Assembly: GCA_965228855.1 (NCBI GenBank)
Contig: CBDDIJ010000003.1
Coordinates: 992,001 to 1,056,000, forward strand
Reading direction: 5' to 3'
Source: Candidatus Obscuribacterales bacterium
GTDB taxonomy: Bacteria > Cyanobacteriota > Vampirovibrionia > Obscuribacterales > Obscuribacteraceae
Length of the DNA: 64,000 nt
In this document: one piece after another, positions 20,101-29,762 of the stretch
Layout: every line of letters starts with the position of its first letter
Numbering within the stretch: position 1 is the stretch's first letter
Translations under genes and position numbers: made by a program
The notes under the pieces: model-generated
What the model saw: only the letters and a program-made list of their open reading frames with translations
The model's database searches: none
Told to the model about the DNA's origin: nothing

Positions 20101-21707
20101 ATTGATGCCGATTCCTCCGGAAAATCGTCGTCCCCATCACTAAAAAGATTTCCGACCGTGTTGGGATGGAACGTCGGTGAGTGCTCGTTTCCAGAGTCCG
20201 CACTTTTGGAAACGCTTACATCGTCCGTGCCTTCGACACCGACCAGCGCCGTTTCATTCGGCGGCGCGAACTGGTTTTTACTGTCATCGCTTAATTCAAA
20301 TGCTCTGCCGGCGGCATGGGACTTCTGCTCTCCCGATTGCTCTGCCCATCCGGACTCTTCCCATGAACTTTTTCCGGCTGCGTCTTCCCAGCCCGTTTGC
20401 TCCGACCATCGATCTTGTCTGGAGTTTACTTCCTCCCAGCCAGTGGGCTCTTCCCAGGAGCCTGCTGAATTATTCTCTCTGTCGGCATTGAGACCGGATG
20501 TTTCCACCGCTTCGATCTGACTGTTCGACGACGATTCCGCCGGCTCTGCTCTTGGCTGCGAGTCTGCAAAACTGCTTTCAGGAAAGCGCGCCTGAGTCTC
20601 TGTGGTGAAAGGGGCTGCAATGTTCAAACCGACTGAGATGGCATCGGACTCATCTGGTCCGGACTGTACGATGCTCAACGTCTGCGGCTCTGCGTCTCCA
20701 GAACCGGAGCTTGACGCCGCCATTTCGGCTGGCGGTTCCGTCTGTCCCGGCGAACTCTGGTCAGATTTTTCAGTCTCTGGCGAAGACTCTGCTTTCCGGG
20801 CTGGAGGCGTGTTTTTTTGCGATTTGAATTTATCAAATTTGATCGGTGACAGTTTCTGGCTCACACGATTCGGATCGTATGTAGGCCTTCTTGTCGGCAT
20901 TAGTTTCTGGTCCTCAGCGACGACCACGACAGGATCGAGTTCGTAGACGCTGTTTTCCGGAAAGAAATTGCCTGTATCGCTTCCGTTCCCGGTTTCTTGT
21001 TGTTGTAACGCCAGAGTCTCTTTTGCGTCGCCGACTTTCCGTACTTCCCCTTGTTGCACGGAGGGTTCTGCATCCTGCTCCGTCGGTTGCTGGACCTGTT
21101 CCTGGCTATTTGCCGTACCTTCTTCGACCTCTTCGACCTCTTCGGCACTCAACTCCGCTCGGGCCTGTTCAATTCTGCTTTGCGCGGCTTTGGAGTTGTC
21201 AATCCGGTTTTTAAGAATGCTGTCCTGAGCAATTTTGGCTTGCTCCTGCGTTGCTCTGACCTTTTGTACCTGGATCTTCGCCTTCAAACGACTGCCGCGC
21301 GGCGGAAGACCGGTTGTAGAAGAAGTCTCAGGAATTTGTGCTGGAGTTAAATCCGAGAGCTCTGAAGGTGTCGATCTCTCTGTCGCGTCAGCAGAATCAA
21401 TGCCGCCAACGTCGTTTGTTGACTGTTCTTCGGCTTCCACAGACGTTGCTGGTGTTTCGGATTCAGGTGGAACAGACGCCGAAAGTTCAGAAGAAGGTTC
21501 AGAAGAAGATTCAGAAGAAGATTCAGGCTCATCCTCCTCATTCGTGTCGGGCGATAAACGAATGTCATCAGGAACAACGATCGGAGCGAGATCGTACACA
21601 CTGTTTTCCGGAAACAGATACACAGGCAATTTCTGCTCAGCAGCTTGATCCTTAGCTGAGCCAGCTGATTCCTGTTCGTCTTTTTTCGACTCGTCGTCGT
21701 TGGGCAT
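17121..21707 (-). CDS. Membrane-anchored Hanks-type Ser/Thr protein kinase with about 860-aa acidic disordered N-terminus
   Basis: IGQGGMAIVY, VAIK, HRDLK, DFG and YMSPE motifs, TM near the C-terminus. Confidence 0.92.
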   Translation of the reverse strand: MPNDDESKKDEQESAGSAKDQAAEQKLPVYLFPENSVYDLAPIVVPDDIRLSPDTNEEDEPESSSESSSEPSSELSASVPPESETPATSVEAEEQSTNDVGGIDSADATERSTPSELSDLTPAQIPETSSTTGLPPRGSRLKAKIQVQKVRATQEQAKIAQDSILKNRIDNSKAAQSRIEQARAELSAEEVEEVEEGTANSQEQVQQPTEQDAEPSVQQGEVRKVGDAKETLALQQQETGNGSDTGNFFPENSVYELDPVVVVAEDQKLMPTRRPTYDPNRVSQKLSPIKFDKFKSQKNTPPARKAESSPETEKSDQSSPGQTEPPAEMAASSSGSGDAEPQTLSIVQSGPDESDAISVGLNIAAPFTTETQARFPESSFADSQPRAEPAESSSNSQIEAVETSGLNADRENNSAGSWEEPTGWEEVNSRQDRWSEQTGWEDAAGKSSWEESGWAEQSGEQKSHAAGRAFELSDDSKNQFAPPNETALVGVEGTDDVSVSKSADSGNEHSPTFHPNTVGNLFSDGDDDFPEESASISDAEQIEKTFATASGATANEGETADWLKKESSGGNAPAETHGAITGEQDIAEHGRIGNEPEISEHDNSEIQETSEKSGHQNDIFESGRITAEHNTSGFDETDQPVPGFTTGKHSIPTPLYSQDAGAEAYITGEQRIDPMAFVTGEQPEQSDAPQILPWGNPGLEGGEEEMPVGASLSEAILETETEFQTSGETSLSESILSEVETGQSNFEPPDAEPFDVNRIGIATADIDQIFIGAGSLQLTEGNQDEDREKSDDYEYDEEDVLQDFRSTDSIYELAPFVLPANSERLTDDEQKQPAPKTQPTVQQIVRHAETPERPAIPTYSTDPLVGTVLAHSYEVLDVIGQGGMAIVYRAKQIATGRLVAIKTLRSPNPQDVLRFSQEIKTHSQLDHKNIVGYIDSFSARDQLFLVMERVRGISLQEIIRALGKLEEPENIVDILSQILDALDYAHAGGLIHRDLKTGNIILIKEIDNDMVVKILDFGIAKVQGDMQRLTHVGQALGSPIYMSPEQCSGKLLSTRSDLYSLGVLLYESVTGTPPYSKGTLINVMAAHCNENIKPKPLAEMEVQLPKTKMLDQILQKALQTHPDKRWQSAQEFKTALHFWLKCVQMDLPNEDLPVELQRCPVSELDVDKLLGIASGPASSEPVPFQWATESTDAIDEHSDSWGENKENEAWAKEQQQHIPGWGESQSESVPGQSSDSQTAADLQNPSRASSGTQPWGGSERHRQSQTGDAWRGSAAAAAAAQAASTSSGTHQKTTQEETSDTWSADQKKMEERRPVRDLLASPSDPQTNFEVQTSAELNALGTGLPKLSFDEKEEIRAMTSPGSLQPALNEPDSISTTDEETQPAPLDLRRRQQQATPPPPTSNWVSIAMIVVVSVVLTFCLSAWYFVSNPTDVQAKFQALQNIFSKPSTSDNQKQPESSKSRLAPGSQDSNQTSSPWEDSSTDIGLESNETGEGSGIAKPRERKPEEGVKPTDPGEFRTAEPEEGVDF
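17250..17267. repeat. Dispersed palindrome copy 5 (TAAACCGATATCGGTTGA), inside the kinase 3' end
   Basis: 1 mismatch to consensus. Encodes STDIGL on the minus strand. Confidence 0.75.
21484..21523. repeat. 12-bp tandem repeat (TTCAGAAGAAG[A/G], about 3 copies) in the kinase N-terminus
   Basis: Encodes ESSS/EPSS repeats. Confidence 0.75.
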
Positions 21708-21973
21708 TGCGCGTCAAAAACGGACCTGAAGAGGTGTCTAATCTCTTTTACACCTGATATATACGTTTGAAACTCTCCAACACCTAGCGCTGGGCGTACT
21801 TGACTCCTGTAAAATCCGTCGTGAAACTGTTCGCGCTTCTCAAGTGTCGAACCGCCTTGCTCCACCAAAGAGAATGGCGAGAGCGAAAACTTTTTTTGGG
21901 GTAGATTGCGCGCTTCGTCTCTTACTCGCTTGTTCTGATAAACTGAAATCGCAAGCCGCGAATCGAACCTTAA

Positions 21974-22852
21974 ATGCCAACCTTCAGCCTCACCGCGATT
22001 AATCTAGGCGGATTTCAAATCGGGGAATCCGACAAAGTGATTTCAATGTTTTCGGCTGAGCGAGGCCTGGTCCGTGCTGTAGCAAAGGGTGCCAAAAAGC
22101 CCGGCACTAAAATGTCCGGCAAATCTGAGGCTCTGTGCGCGAATAAATTGCTGATTGCCAAAGGCCGTTCTCTGGATATAATCACGCAGGCTGAGTCTAT
22201 AGAGACCTTCCGGAAAGTTAGGACAGATTTGACGCGCTTGACCTTCTGCCTCTACTACGCGGAATTGACTGCGGCGTTCGGAGAAGGGCTTGAGGAGGAG
22301 AGCGAGGTTTATTACCACGTATTGTTAAACTCCCTGCGAATGCAAGAAGCGCTTGTCTCTGATGCTCGTCAGCTGTCCCTGGAATTTTCGATGTTTCTGC
22401 TGAAACAGCTCGGCGTGACGCCTGAACTTACTGTTTGCGTCCGATGCCGCCAACCACTGACCGAATACAGCATCGCTGCATTTTATTCGGAAACCGGTGG
22501 CATCGGCTGCAATCGATGTGGTCAAGATTCTCGCAGCAAAAGTATCGTTTCGGAAGCCTCTGCGAAAGGTCAGTATTCATCGGACTTTCGGAAGAAGCGC
22601 GACGAAGACGTCGACCATTATGAGGAACGTGGTACGTTCGTAACCCCGCTTGTGTGGAAGATGTTGGTAAATGCCGATGTCGCCTCCGACGATTTGATCG
22701 ATCCCGGTACCGACTTGAAGGCGCGCCGCCGACCTGACTACTCCGAAGCTCAGGCTCCTGCACTGGACGCCGCCCATCGGCTTGTGCAGCGTTATCTGGA
22801 AGATCGCGCCGGTAAGAAGATGCGTACACTCGACTTGCTTAAACAACTCTGA
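21974..22852 (+). CDS. recO: DNA repair protein RecO
   Basis: GESDKVI...GLVRAVAKGAKK, LDIITQAE and CxxC...CxxC zinc motif. Confidence 0.95.
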   Translation: MPTFSLTAINLGGFQIGESDKVISMFSAERGLVRAVAKGAKKPGTKMSGKSEALCANKLLIAKGRSLDIITQAESIETFRKVRTDLTRLTFCLYYAELTAAFGEGLEEESEVYYHVLLNSLRMQEALVSDARQLSLEFSMFLLKQLGVTPELTVCVRCRQPLTEYSIAAFYSETGGIGCNRCGQDSRSKSIVSEASAKGQYSSDFRKKRDEDVDHYEERGTFVTPLVWKMLVNADVASDDLIDPGTDLKARRRPDYSEAQAPALDAAHRLVQRYLEDRAGKKMRTLDLLKQL

Positions 22853-22988
22853 CGTTTACCAAACAAAGACTCCGAACAGTCAATCGAACGGAACAGCTTA
22901 GTTTGACTGCCTAACCCAATCTTTACCAAGATGAGACAGGTTTTCCCTTTGCATCCCGCAAACACGCGGACTTCGAGCGTATGCTCAA

Positions 22989-24299
22989 ATGAAAAAACAG
23001 CTAAAATACTTAGGCAGTGTTGTGCCAGGCTGGAGGTTACCCGTGGGCTTTCTCAAAGACAGTGATCCGGAGCTTTTTAAGGCGATTTCGCATGAGCTCG
23101 AGAGACAACAAAATTCCATCGAGCTCATCGCCAGTGAAAACTTCGTAAGCGAAGCGGTACTCGAAGCACAGGGGTCGGTGCTGACTAACAAATACGCAGA
23201 AGGTCTGCCCCATAAGCGTTATTACGGCGGATGCGAGTTTGTCGATGACGTGGAGAATATCGCTATCGAGCGCATTAAGCGTTTATTCAATGCTCCGCAC
23301 GCGAATGTGCAACCTCACAGCGGTGCGCAAGCGAATATGGCTGTTGAGTTCGCTATGCTCAAGCCCGGTGATACCACAATGGGGATGGCGCTCGATCAGG
23401 GCGGTCACTTGACTCATGGGTCCCCCGTCAATATGTCGGGCAAGTGGTTCAACGCTCAATTCTATGGTATCAATCCCGATACCGGTCGGATCGACTACGA
23501 CGAAGTCGAGAAACGCGCTTCGGAAGTTAAACCGAAATTGATCGTCTGCGGAGCCTCTAATTATTCGCGCATTATCGACTTTGAAAGAATGCGTAAAATT
23601 GCCGACAAAGTTGGCGCATACCTGCTCGCCGATATAGCTCACATTGCCGGTCTGGTTGTCGCGGGCGTCCATCCAAGCCCATTTCCACATGCCCACTTCG
23701 TGACCACAACTACGCACAAGACTCTGCGTGGTCCCAGAGGTGGTGTAATCATGTGTCAGGAGGAGTTCGCCAAAGAGATCGATAAGGCCGTTTTCCCTGG
23801 TATACAGGGCGGACCCTTGATGCACGTTATTGCCGCAAAAGCGGCCGCTTTCGGTGAGGCGTTGAAGCCAGAATTTAAGCAGTATCAGGAGCGCATCGTC
23901 GAAAACGCTGGCGTTCTGGCGAAGACTTTGATGGCAAACGGTCTCGACATCGTATCTGGTGGCACGGACAATCACCTCATGACTGTAGATCTTCGTCCAA
24001 TTAAAATGACCGGCAAGAAAGCATCGAGCGTCCTTGAAAGTGTCAATATAACAGTTAATAAGAACGCTGTGCCTAATGATCCGGAGAAGCCGATGGTAAC
24101 CAGCGGGATCCGCGTGGGAACCCCGGCTGCCACCACACGCGGTATGACGGCAGGAGAGATGGAAGTAATTGGCAAGCTCATCGCGGACGTTCTCAAAGCT
24201 CCGGAAGATGAAGCTCTGAAAGAGCAGACTCGTAAACAGGTGTCTGAATTGTGTAACCGTTTCCCTCTCTACAAGGAGAGAGCTGTCGGGGTCAGGTAA
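22989..24299 (+). CDS. glyA: Serine hydroxymethyltransferase
   Basis: LIASEN, NKYAEG, GGHLTHG and [13 protein letters not shown]. Confidence 0.99.
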   Translation: MKKQLKYLGSVVPGWRLPVGFLKDSDPELFKAISHELERQQNSIELIASENFVSEAVLEAQGSVLTNKYAEGLPHKRYYGGCEFVDDVENIAIERIKRLFNAPHANVQPHSGAQANMAVEFAMLKPGDTTMGMALDQGGHLTHGSPVNMSGKWFNAQFYGINPDTGRIDYDEVEKRASEVKPKLIVCGASNYSRIIDFERMRKIADKVGAYLLADIAHIAGLVVAGVHPSPFPHAHFVTTTTHKTLRGPRGGVIMCQEEFAKEIDKAVFPGIQGGPLMHVIAAKAAAFGEALKPEFKQYQERIVENAGVLAKTLMANGLDIVSGGTDNHLMTVDLRPIKMTGKKASSVLESVNITVNKNAVPNDPEKPMVTSGIRVGTPAATTRGMTAGEMEVIGKLIADVLKAPEDEALKEQTRKQVSELCNRFPLYKERAVGVR

Positions 24300-25751
24300 T
24301 TGGTTGAACAAAGTAAGGCTGTATCTACGATGGTCGGTGAGCAGGGCGAAGTTAAATTGACGAGCGAATCCGACTTTGATTCGCAAGTCGTCAAAGAGGT
24401 TTCATCCGAAAGCGCTCGCGCTTCGATGGAGCCCGCCGGCGGTCCCCCAGCAAGTGCCCAGTCTCGCACGACGCCCCATACAGCCGTGCCTCCCAAACGG
24501 TCAGGAAGGTCGATGTTAGTTCGTTCACTACAACTTGCTCTTTTTCTTTTCGGTCTTGCCTGGGCTGCGTTTTATTGCCCTCATGGGCATCTTGATGCGA
24601 TGCAAATCCCAGGGTTTCTCATCGCTATGTCGATCAGCTGGTGGCTCACACCTGAGATTAGATCGAGGGCTTTGAACCTGGGTTTGGTCGACAAGCCCGG
24701 CGAAGAACGTCGCATTCATAAAGTGCCGATTCCCCGTCTGGGCGGCGTAGCAATCTTCATTAGTATTCTGATTACGGTGGCCGCGCTGATCGCGATAGCC
24801 GGAAAGCTTCCCAATGAGGCTCGCCGAATCGAGGGTCTGGCTGGTATCGCTGTCGGTGGCACACTGGTTTTCGTGCTCGGTCTTCTCGATGACCTTGAAT
24901 CGCTGCGGGCCCGAATGAAATTCATCGTTCAAATCCTGGCCGCCTGCGCCGCTTATTCTCTCGGCGTGAGAATCAAATCTATTCCCATCCCAGCCAATAT
25001 GAACTTTGATATCGGTATTCTCGCGATTCATGGCGGTGTGCCGATCGAACTCGGCTGGTTCAGCCTCCCGATCACTGTGCTCTGGCTGGTCGGCGTCGCC
25101 AACGCGGTAAACTTGATTGACGGTATGGATGGACTGGCGGCTGGTGTTTCGGCAATTTCTGCTCTCACGATCTGGAGTGTAGCACTCGGGATGAGTATCG
25201 ACCGACCTTATGCGGCCCTAATCGCTGCAATTTTAGCTGGAGCATTGTTCGGCTTCCTCCGCTGGAACTTCAATCCCGCCCGCATTTTCCTGGGCGACTC
25301 AGGCGCGTACCTCGTTGGTTTCATCCTTGGTGCGATCTCAATCACAGGCGTCATCAAGGGCGCTGCGGCTGCAACTGTGATCGTTCCAACCGTTCTCCTC
25401 GTCGTGCTCATCCTGTTTTTCCCGCTGCTCGACACTTCATGGGCGATCGTGCGCCGGATGGCGGCAAGACGATCCATCTTCTCGCCTGACGCCGGTCACA
25501 TTCACCATCGCCTGCTGCGCGCCGGTTTTTCTCAGAAGAAAGTTGCATATTTGATTTACGGAGCCTCCGGAATCCTTGGTCTGATTGCCGCTTACCTCGT
25601 TGATCAACACTGGTATTTCCTGAGTATCGCCGGTGCCGTGCTCGTGATGGCAATCTTCTTTGCTGAGGTGCTGAATAAGCATCGCCAGCGCGGTAAGGCC
25701 CTATCTAGCGACCCTGACGGTCCCGACACTCCTTCGCCAAGTGAAACGTAA
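24300..25751 (+). CDS. MraY/WecA family polyprenyl-phosphate GlcNAc-1-P transferase
   Basis: PRLGG, GLLDD, NLIDGMDGL, FLGDSG and HIHH. Confidence 0.93.
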   Translation: MVEQSKAVSTMVGEQGEVKLTSESDFDSQVVKEVSSESARASMEPAGGPPASAQSRTTPHTAVPPKRSGRSMLVRSLQLALFLFGLAWAAFYCPHGHLDAMQIPGFLIAMSISWWLTPEIRSRALNLGLVDKPGEERRIHKVPIPRLGGVAIFISILITVAALIAIAGKLPNEARRIEGLAGIAVGGTLVFVLGLLDDLESLRARMKFIVQILAACAAYSLGVRIKSIPIPANMNFDIGILAIHGGVPIELGWFSLPITVLWLVGVANAVNLIDGMDGLAAGVSAISALTIWSVALGMSIDRPYAALIAAILAGALFGFLRWNFNPARIFLGDSGAYLVGFILGAISITGVIKGAAAATVIVPTVLLVVLILFFPLLDTSWAIVRRMAARRSIFSPDAGHIHHRLLRAGFSQKKVAYLIYGASGILGLIAAYLVDQHWYFLSIAGAVLVMAIFFAEVLNKHRQRGKALSSDPDGPDTPSPSET

Positions 25752-27348
25752 GACCTTCATCTTACTTTGCTGTATTACCGCTATCGGCGCAATACTGCGC
25801 TCACCGTTAATAAACGCTGGCGTCGATATTGACGATGTTTCAAGCATTTATATAGCAGAGTCGTCCGGTCTCGACCAACTGATCGAGCGATTGCGGAATT
25901 TTGAATTCTCACCGCCTCTCTACTTCCTCCTCCTGAGCGCCTGGATTCGAGTGTTCGGCGATTCGGCTGTCAGCGTCGTGATACCATCTGTGGTGTTCGG
26001 CGTGAGCCTGATTCCGTGCGTTTTCATTCTCGCTAAAGAGCTCTTCGAACGCGAAGACATCGCCATGACCAGCGCCTTCTTCGTCGCTGTCAGCCCGCTT
26101 GCCGCGCTTTTCTCCCGCGAAGTAAGAAGCTCGTCTCTCATCGCTCTTGTCACGACAATCGCATTCTTCTTCTTTGTAAAATGTCTAAAGGCGACGAGAA
26201 AACAACGCCTGCTGGGACTCGGCGTTTCTGTGCTGACCATGCTTTACACAAGCTATCTCGGTTTGCTGCTGGTTGGACTCATGGTGTTAAATACGGTGGC
26301 GTACACGCGATTCCCATTCAAATCAGTTGTGTTTAAACCACTTTCGATTCTAGGCGCTATCGGCTGCGCAGTGCTCGGTTTCTCTCCATGTCTGCTTTTG
26401 TTTATGGAGCAGCAGAAGTTCTCATCCTTCTGGATGAACCAGGAATCGTCCAATCCTTTGTTTCTGTTTTCCAGTAACCTGGCTGCCACCGTGCCTATTC
26501 CGTGGAATGCTTCTTTTATCCTGTTGTCCTTCCTTCTTCCGATTGCGGCGATACTGATAAGCTGGAAGACGTTACGTCTGGTTTATCGCCGTGATTTGAT
26601 TAACTATGTTGATCACCATAAGGCGCACGCGTTCCTCCTATGCAACCTGCTCGTGCCTATCTTGGGATACTCTCAAATCACGCCGCTGCTGGGAAGCCAG
26701 CGCTATGTCATGTCGTTCTTAGTGTTCGGTTTGATATTTTGGGCATCTCTTTTTGTTGCTGCGGAGGACAACGTCGCAATCAGACTTGCCGGTCGCTCGT
26801 CCATGAAGCGAACCCTCGGAGTTACCATTCTGGCGATTGTGCTTATCGCGATTACGTTTATTGAAATACGAAGTTTGAGCTCCGGAGACAGAAGCGGTCT
26901 TAGACAGTTCGCGCTCGATTTGAAATCCAAGAAGTTCAAACATTATGCGCTTTTGCTCACTCCCGATTTCAATTCGTACAATCTGATTTACTATTTGACC
27001 AGAGAGCAAAGGACCGCAATTCCCCAGTTCTACAACACCTTTCCTGTTTCAGACCAACTGACCCCCGCAAATCCAAGGGGTTATGTCGAGGCATTGAACG
27101 ATGAAGATTCCATCTCAAGGGTAATTCAATGGATCGAACAACTCGATGTTTCTGAAGTTCAGAATCTTGTTGTAATATGCGATCAGACTGAACCATTTGC
27201 AAAACTTTCATTAGCGAAAATGCGTTCAGGAGCCCTTGTCGAGCGAATTAGAAGTCGCTATGCGGAAGTCGGCGAGCCGTTAATTTACGACTCGAAAGGT
27301 AGATCATTCACCGCGTTTATATTCAAGCTAGCAGAACCGCCGGACTGA
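25741..27348 (+). CDS. GT-C fold (PMT/ArnT-like) membrane glycosyltransferase
   Basis: DD near the N-terminus, PPLYFLLL, SREVR and many TM helices. Confidence 0.8.
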   Translation: MKRKTFILLCCITAIGAILRSPLINAGVDIDDVSSIYIAESSGLDQLIERLRNFEFSPPLYFLLLSAWIRVFGDSAVSVVIPSVVFGVSLIPCVFILAKELFEREDIAMTSAFFVAVSPLAALFSREVRSSSLIALVTTIAFFFFVKCLKATRKQRLLGLGVSVLTMLYTSYLGLLLVGLMVLNTVAYTRFPFKSVVFKPLSILGAIGCAVLGFSPCLLLFMEQQKFSSFWMNQESSNPLFLFSSNLAATVPIPWNASFILLSFLLPIAAILISWKTLRLVYRRDLINYVDHHKAHAFLLCNLLVPILGYSQITPLLGSQRYVMSFLVFGLIFWASLFVAAEDNVAIRLAGRSSMKRTLGVTILAIVLIAITFIEIRSLSSGDRSGLRQFALDLKSKKFKHYALLLTPDFNSYNLIYYLTREQRTAIPQFYNTFPVSDQLTPANPRGYVEALNDEDSISRVIQWIEQLDVSEVQNLVVICDQTEPFAKLSLAKMRSGALVERIRSRYAEVGEPLIYDSKGRSFTAFIFKLAEPPD

Positions 27349-27353
27349 CAGGT

Positions 27354-28295
27354 ATGTGTGCAACACCCAATTCGTCACAACTGAAACTGACAGTGATCTG
27401 CCCTGTGTTTAATGAGGCGGACAGTCTGCCTCTGTTTCTTGAGCGATTCGATGCTGTGCGAGATGCCCTCTCAGATAGATATAGCGTTGATTTATTGTTC
27501 ACTAACAACGCTTCGACAGACAACTCCCTGGAGCTGATCAAAAATCGGCGCAAAGAGAAAACTTACATCTACTTTGTGACATTGAGCAAGAATGCAGGGT
27601 ACCAGATCTCGATGGAGTGCGGCTTGCGAAGCGCCACAGGCGATTTGTTCGCGTTCATAGACGTGGACTGCGAAGACCCCCCCGAAATGCTAATCGACTT
27701 CATAAGAGTATTCGAGTCCGAGCGTTGCGATATCGTATATGGTGAACGCGTCGATCGGCAAGAGAATTTTCTTTTGAAGTCTGGCCGAAAGTTCTTTTAT
27801 CGTGTGTTAAAACGAATTGCAGACGATGAAGTGGTGCTCGACATGGCTGAATTCTCACTCTTCACTCGCGAGGTGCGTGATGCGATCGTGCAGGAAACAA
27901 CTGCCTACCCTTTCATCCGCGCCTCTCTGGGGCGAGTCGGGTTCAAACGAAAAGGTATTGCATACAAGCGTGGTAAACGCGTCGCCGGTAAGTCTAATTT
28001 CAACTCGCAAAGATTGGCTGGGTTCGCCCTTGCCGCCATGTTCGCCTCATCTTCACTCCCATTGATTTTACCAATCAAACTTCTTCCAATCGCATTGATA
28101 ATTGTTGGAACGCTCGCCGCCTGGCGTATCGTAGAGCCCTCGTCGAGATGGATCGACGCTGCCATCATATTCTTGGTTGCGGCATTCCTCATGTCCTCCG
28201 TTGCGTTCATCTCGATCTATGCGCGCCGCTCGTACAAAAATTCTATGGGACGCCCCAACTATTTTATTTGTGAAGCAGAAAGTTGCCTTCAGTGA
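27354..28295 (+). CDS. GT2 polyprenol-phosphate glycosyltransferase (GtrB-like)
   Basis: ICPVFNE, NNASTD, IDVDCEDPP and two C-terminal TMs. Confidence 0.88.
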   Translation: MCATPNSSQLKLTVICPVFNEADSLPLFLERFDAVRDALSDRYSVDLLFTNNASTDNSLELIKNRRKEKTYIYFVTLSKNAGYQISMECGLRSATGDLFAFIDVDCEDPPEMLIDFIRVFESERCDIVYGERVDRQENFLLKSGRKFFYRVLKRIADDEVVLDMAEFSLFTREVRDAIVQETTAYPFIRASLGRVGFKRKGIAYKRGKRVAGKSNFNSQRLAGFALAAMFASSSLPLILPIKLLPIALIIVGTLAAWRIVEPSSRWIDAAIIFLVAAFLMSSVAFISIYARRSYKNSMGRPNYFICEAESCLQ

Positions 28296-28314
28296 GAGCG
28301 GATGGAGAGAGCGA

Positions 28315-29694
28315 ATGAAGAGAGCCGGACAGCACGTCTTTCATAGCTTCGACGGCGGTTTAATTTGTTCCGGCCAATTGCTCCAGGTCGATAACAGCTC
28401 GGAGTTGGAGTTAGAGATCGAAGGAAAACGGATCGCGCGCGGAGCCGGCATGTCTTTCTCCGCTGCCAGCTTCGATAACGGAACTACCTCACTGGATGTT
28501 AGCGGTTTAAATAGGATTGTATTTTTGGACACAAGTTCAAGAACCGTCAAGGTGGAAGCCGGTGTGACCATAGGACGGCTTCTCGACTTTCTTCTGGCAA
28601 ACGGATTCTACCTTCCGGTTTTGCCCGGCTATCCGACTATCACCATCGGTGGTTGCATCGCCGCGAATGTTCATGGCAAGAATCCTCTTAAAGACAGCAC
28701 GATTTTGGATCGGATTGAATCATTCATGTTGCACCACGTCGACATCGGCGAAATCGAAGTGTCGAAATCATCCAATTCCGAACTCTTCGATTTGACGATC
28801 GGTGGCTGCGGCCTTACCGGCACCATATTAAGTGTCACTTTAGGCGTCAGCCCAGTGAGCAATCCACGGGTACACGTTTCCGTCGAGCCGATTTCCGATT
28901 TGTATGAACTGCCAGACGTTCTAACTAACTCGGAGGGAAATGATTTTGTCGTGTCCTGGCATGATTTCAACCAGACTGGTGGACGCTTCGGAAGTGGTTT
29001 TATAGAACGGGGAAAGATAATTCCTAAAAGTTTCGATTCAACTTTATCCTCCAGCCCAAAATTGATTCTTCCTGTAAAAGAAGAGCACCGGCACGATTCG
29101 ATTATGACGCTGAGAGCCGAGTCGCGCGGTCAAAATTTCCCAGCTCTCTGGAGTCACTTGTCTCTAGTGGGAGCAATGAACTCGGTTTATACATCCATTC
29201 AATCCTGGCGCTGCGGTTCTCCCCGATTGATGCGCATTGAAGACTGCATCTTTCCGAATAAAAACTTGCGCGATCTGTACTTTCACGGCTTCGGGAAGAG
29301 AGGTTTGTTCGAGCATCAGATAATTTTAGGGCGAGACGCCTTTCCTGAGTATGTTGAAAGGGTGCGCTGGTGGCTTTGTCGCAACGAACTGCCCATAACA
29401 ATGGCGTCCGGGAAAGGTTTCTCAGGCGAGACGAGATATCTACGCTTCTCAAAAGACGGAATCTGCTTCGCTCTCGACTTCCCTCGAAGCGCCGAAGGTA
29501 AACGTTTTCTCTCTTACCTCGATGCGATTGTGATGAAACTTGGCGCCATTCCAAACATTTTCAAGGACTCTCGCCTGCCACCGGAAGTGGTTGCTGAGAC
29601 TTACCCTGACTATGAGCTCTTTCGAAAGCGGCTAAAGGAATTTGATCCGAAAGGGCGTTACGGTTCGGAACTCTCAGCGAGATTAGAGCTCTAG
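28315..29694 (+). CDS. FAD-binding oxidoreductase, DprE1-like
   Basis: ARGAGMS, VEAGVTI, PGYPTITIGGCIAANVHGKN, KDSRL and DP..RYGSELSARL. Start uncertain (ORF from 28177). Confidence 0.85.
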   Translation: MKRAGQHVFHSFDGGLICSGQLLQVDNSSELELEIEGKRIARGAGMSFSAASFDNGTTSLDVSGLNRIVFLDTSSRTVKVEAGVTIGRLLDFLLANGFYLPVLPGYPTITIGGCIAANVHGKNPLKDSTILDRIESFMLHHVDIGEIEVSKSSNSELFDLTIGGCGLTGTILSVTLGVSPVSNPRVHVSVEPISDLYELPDVLTNSEGNDFVVSWHDFNQTGGRFGSGFIERGKIIPKSFDSTLSSSPKLILPVKEEHRHDSIMTLRAESRGQNFPALWSHLSLVGAMNSVYTSIQSWRCGSPRLMRIEDCIFPNKNLRDLYFHGFGKRGLFEHQIILGRDAFPEYVERVRWWLCRNELPITMASGKGFSGETRYLRFSKDGICFALDFPRSAEGKRFLSYLDAIVMKLGAIPNIFKDSRLPPEVVAETYPDYELFRKRLKEFDPKGRYGSELSARLEL

Positions 29695-29720
29695 TTCTGG
29701 GCAGAAGATAAAGTGATGCC

Positions 29721-29743
29721 GGTGGAAATCGGCGATTTCCACC
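29721..29743. terminator. Perfect hairpin GGTGGAAATC-ggc-GATTTCCACC between glycosylation and chemosensory operons
   Basis: 10-bp perfect stem with no strong U-tract. Confidence 0.45.
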
Positions 29744-29762
29744 TCTGAAATGATAAGACGTT

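Noticed and set aside
23283..24386. 367-aa antisense ORF
   Set aside because: Shadow of the highly conserved glyA gene with no recognisable motifs
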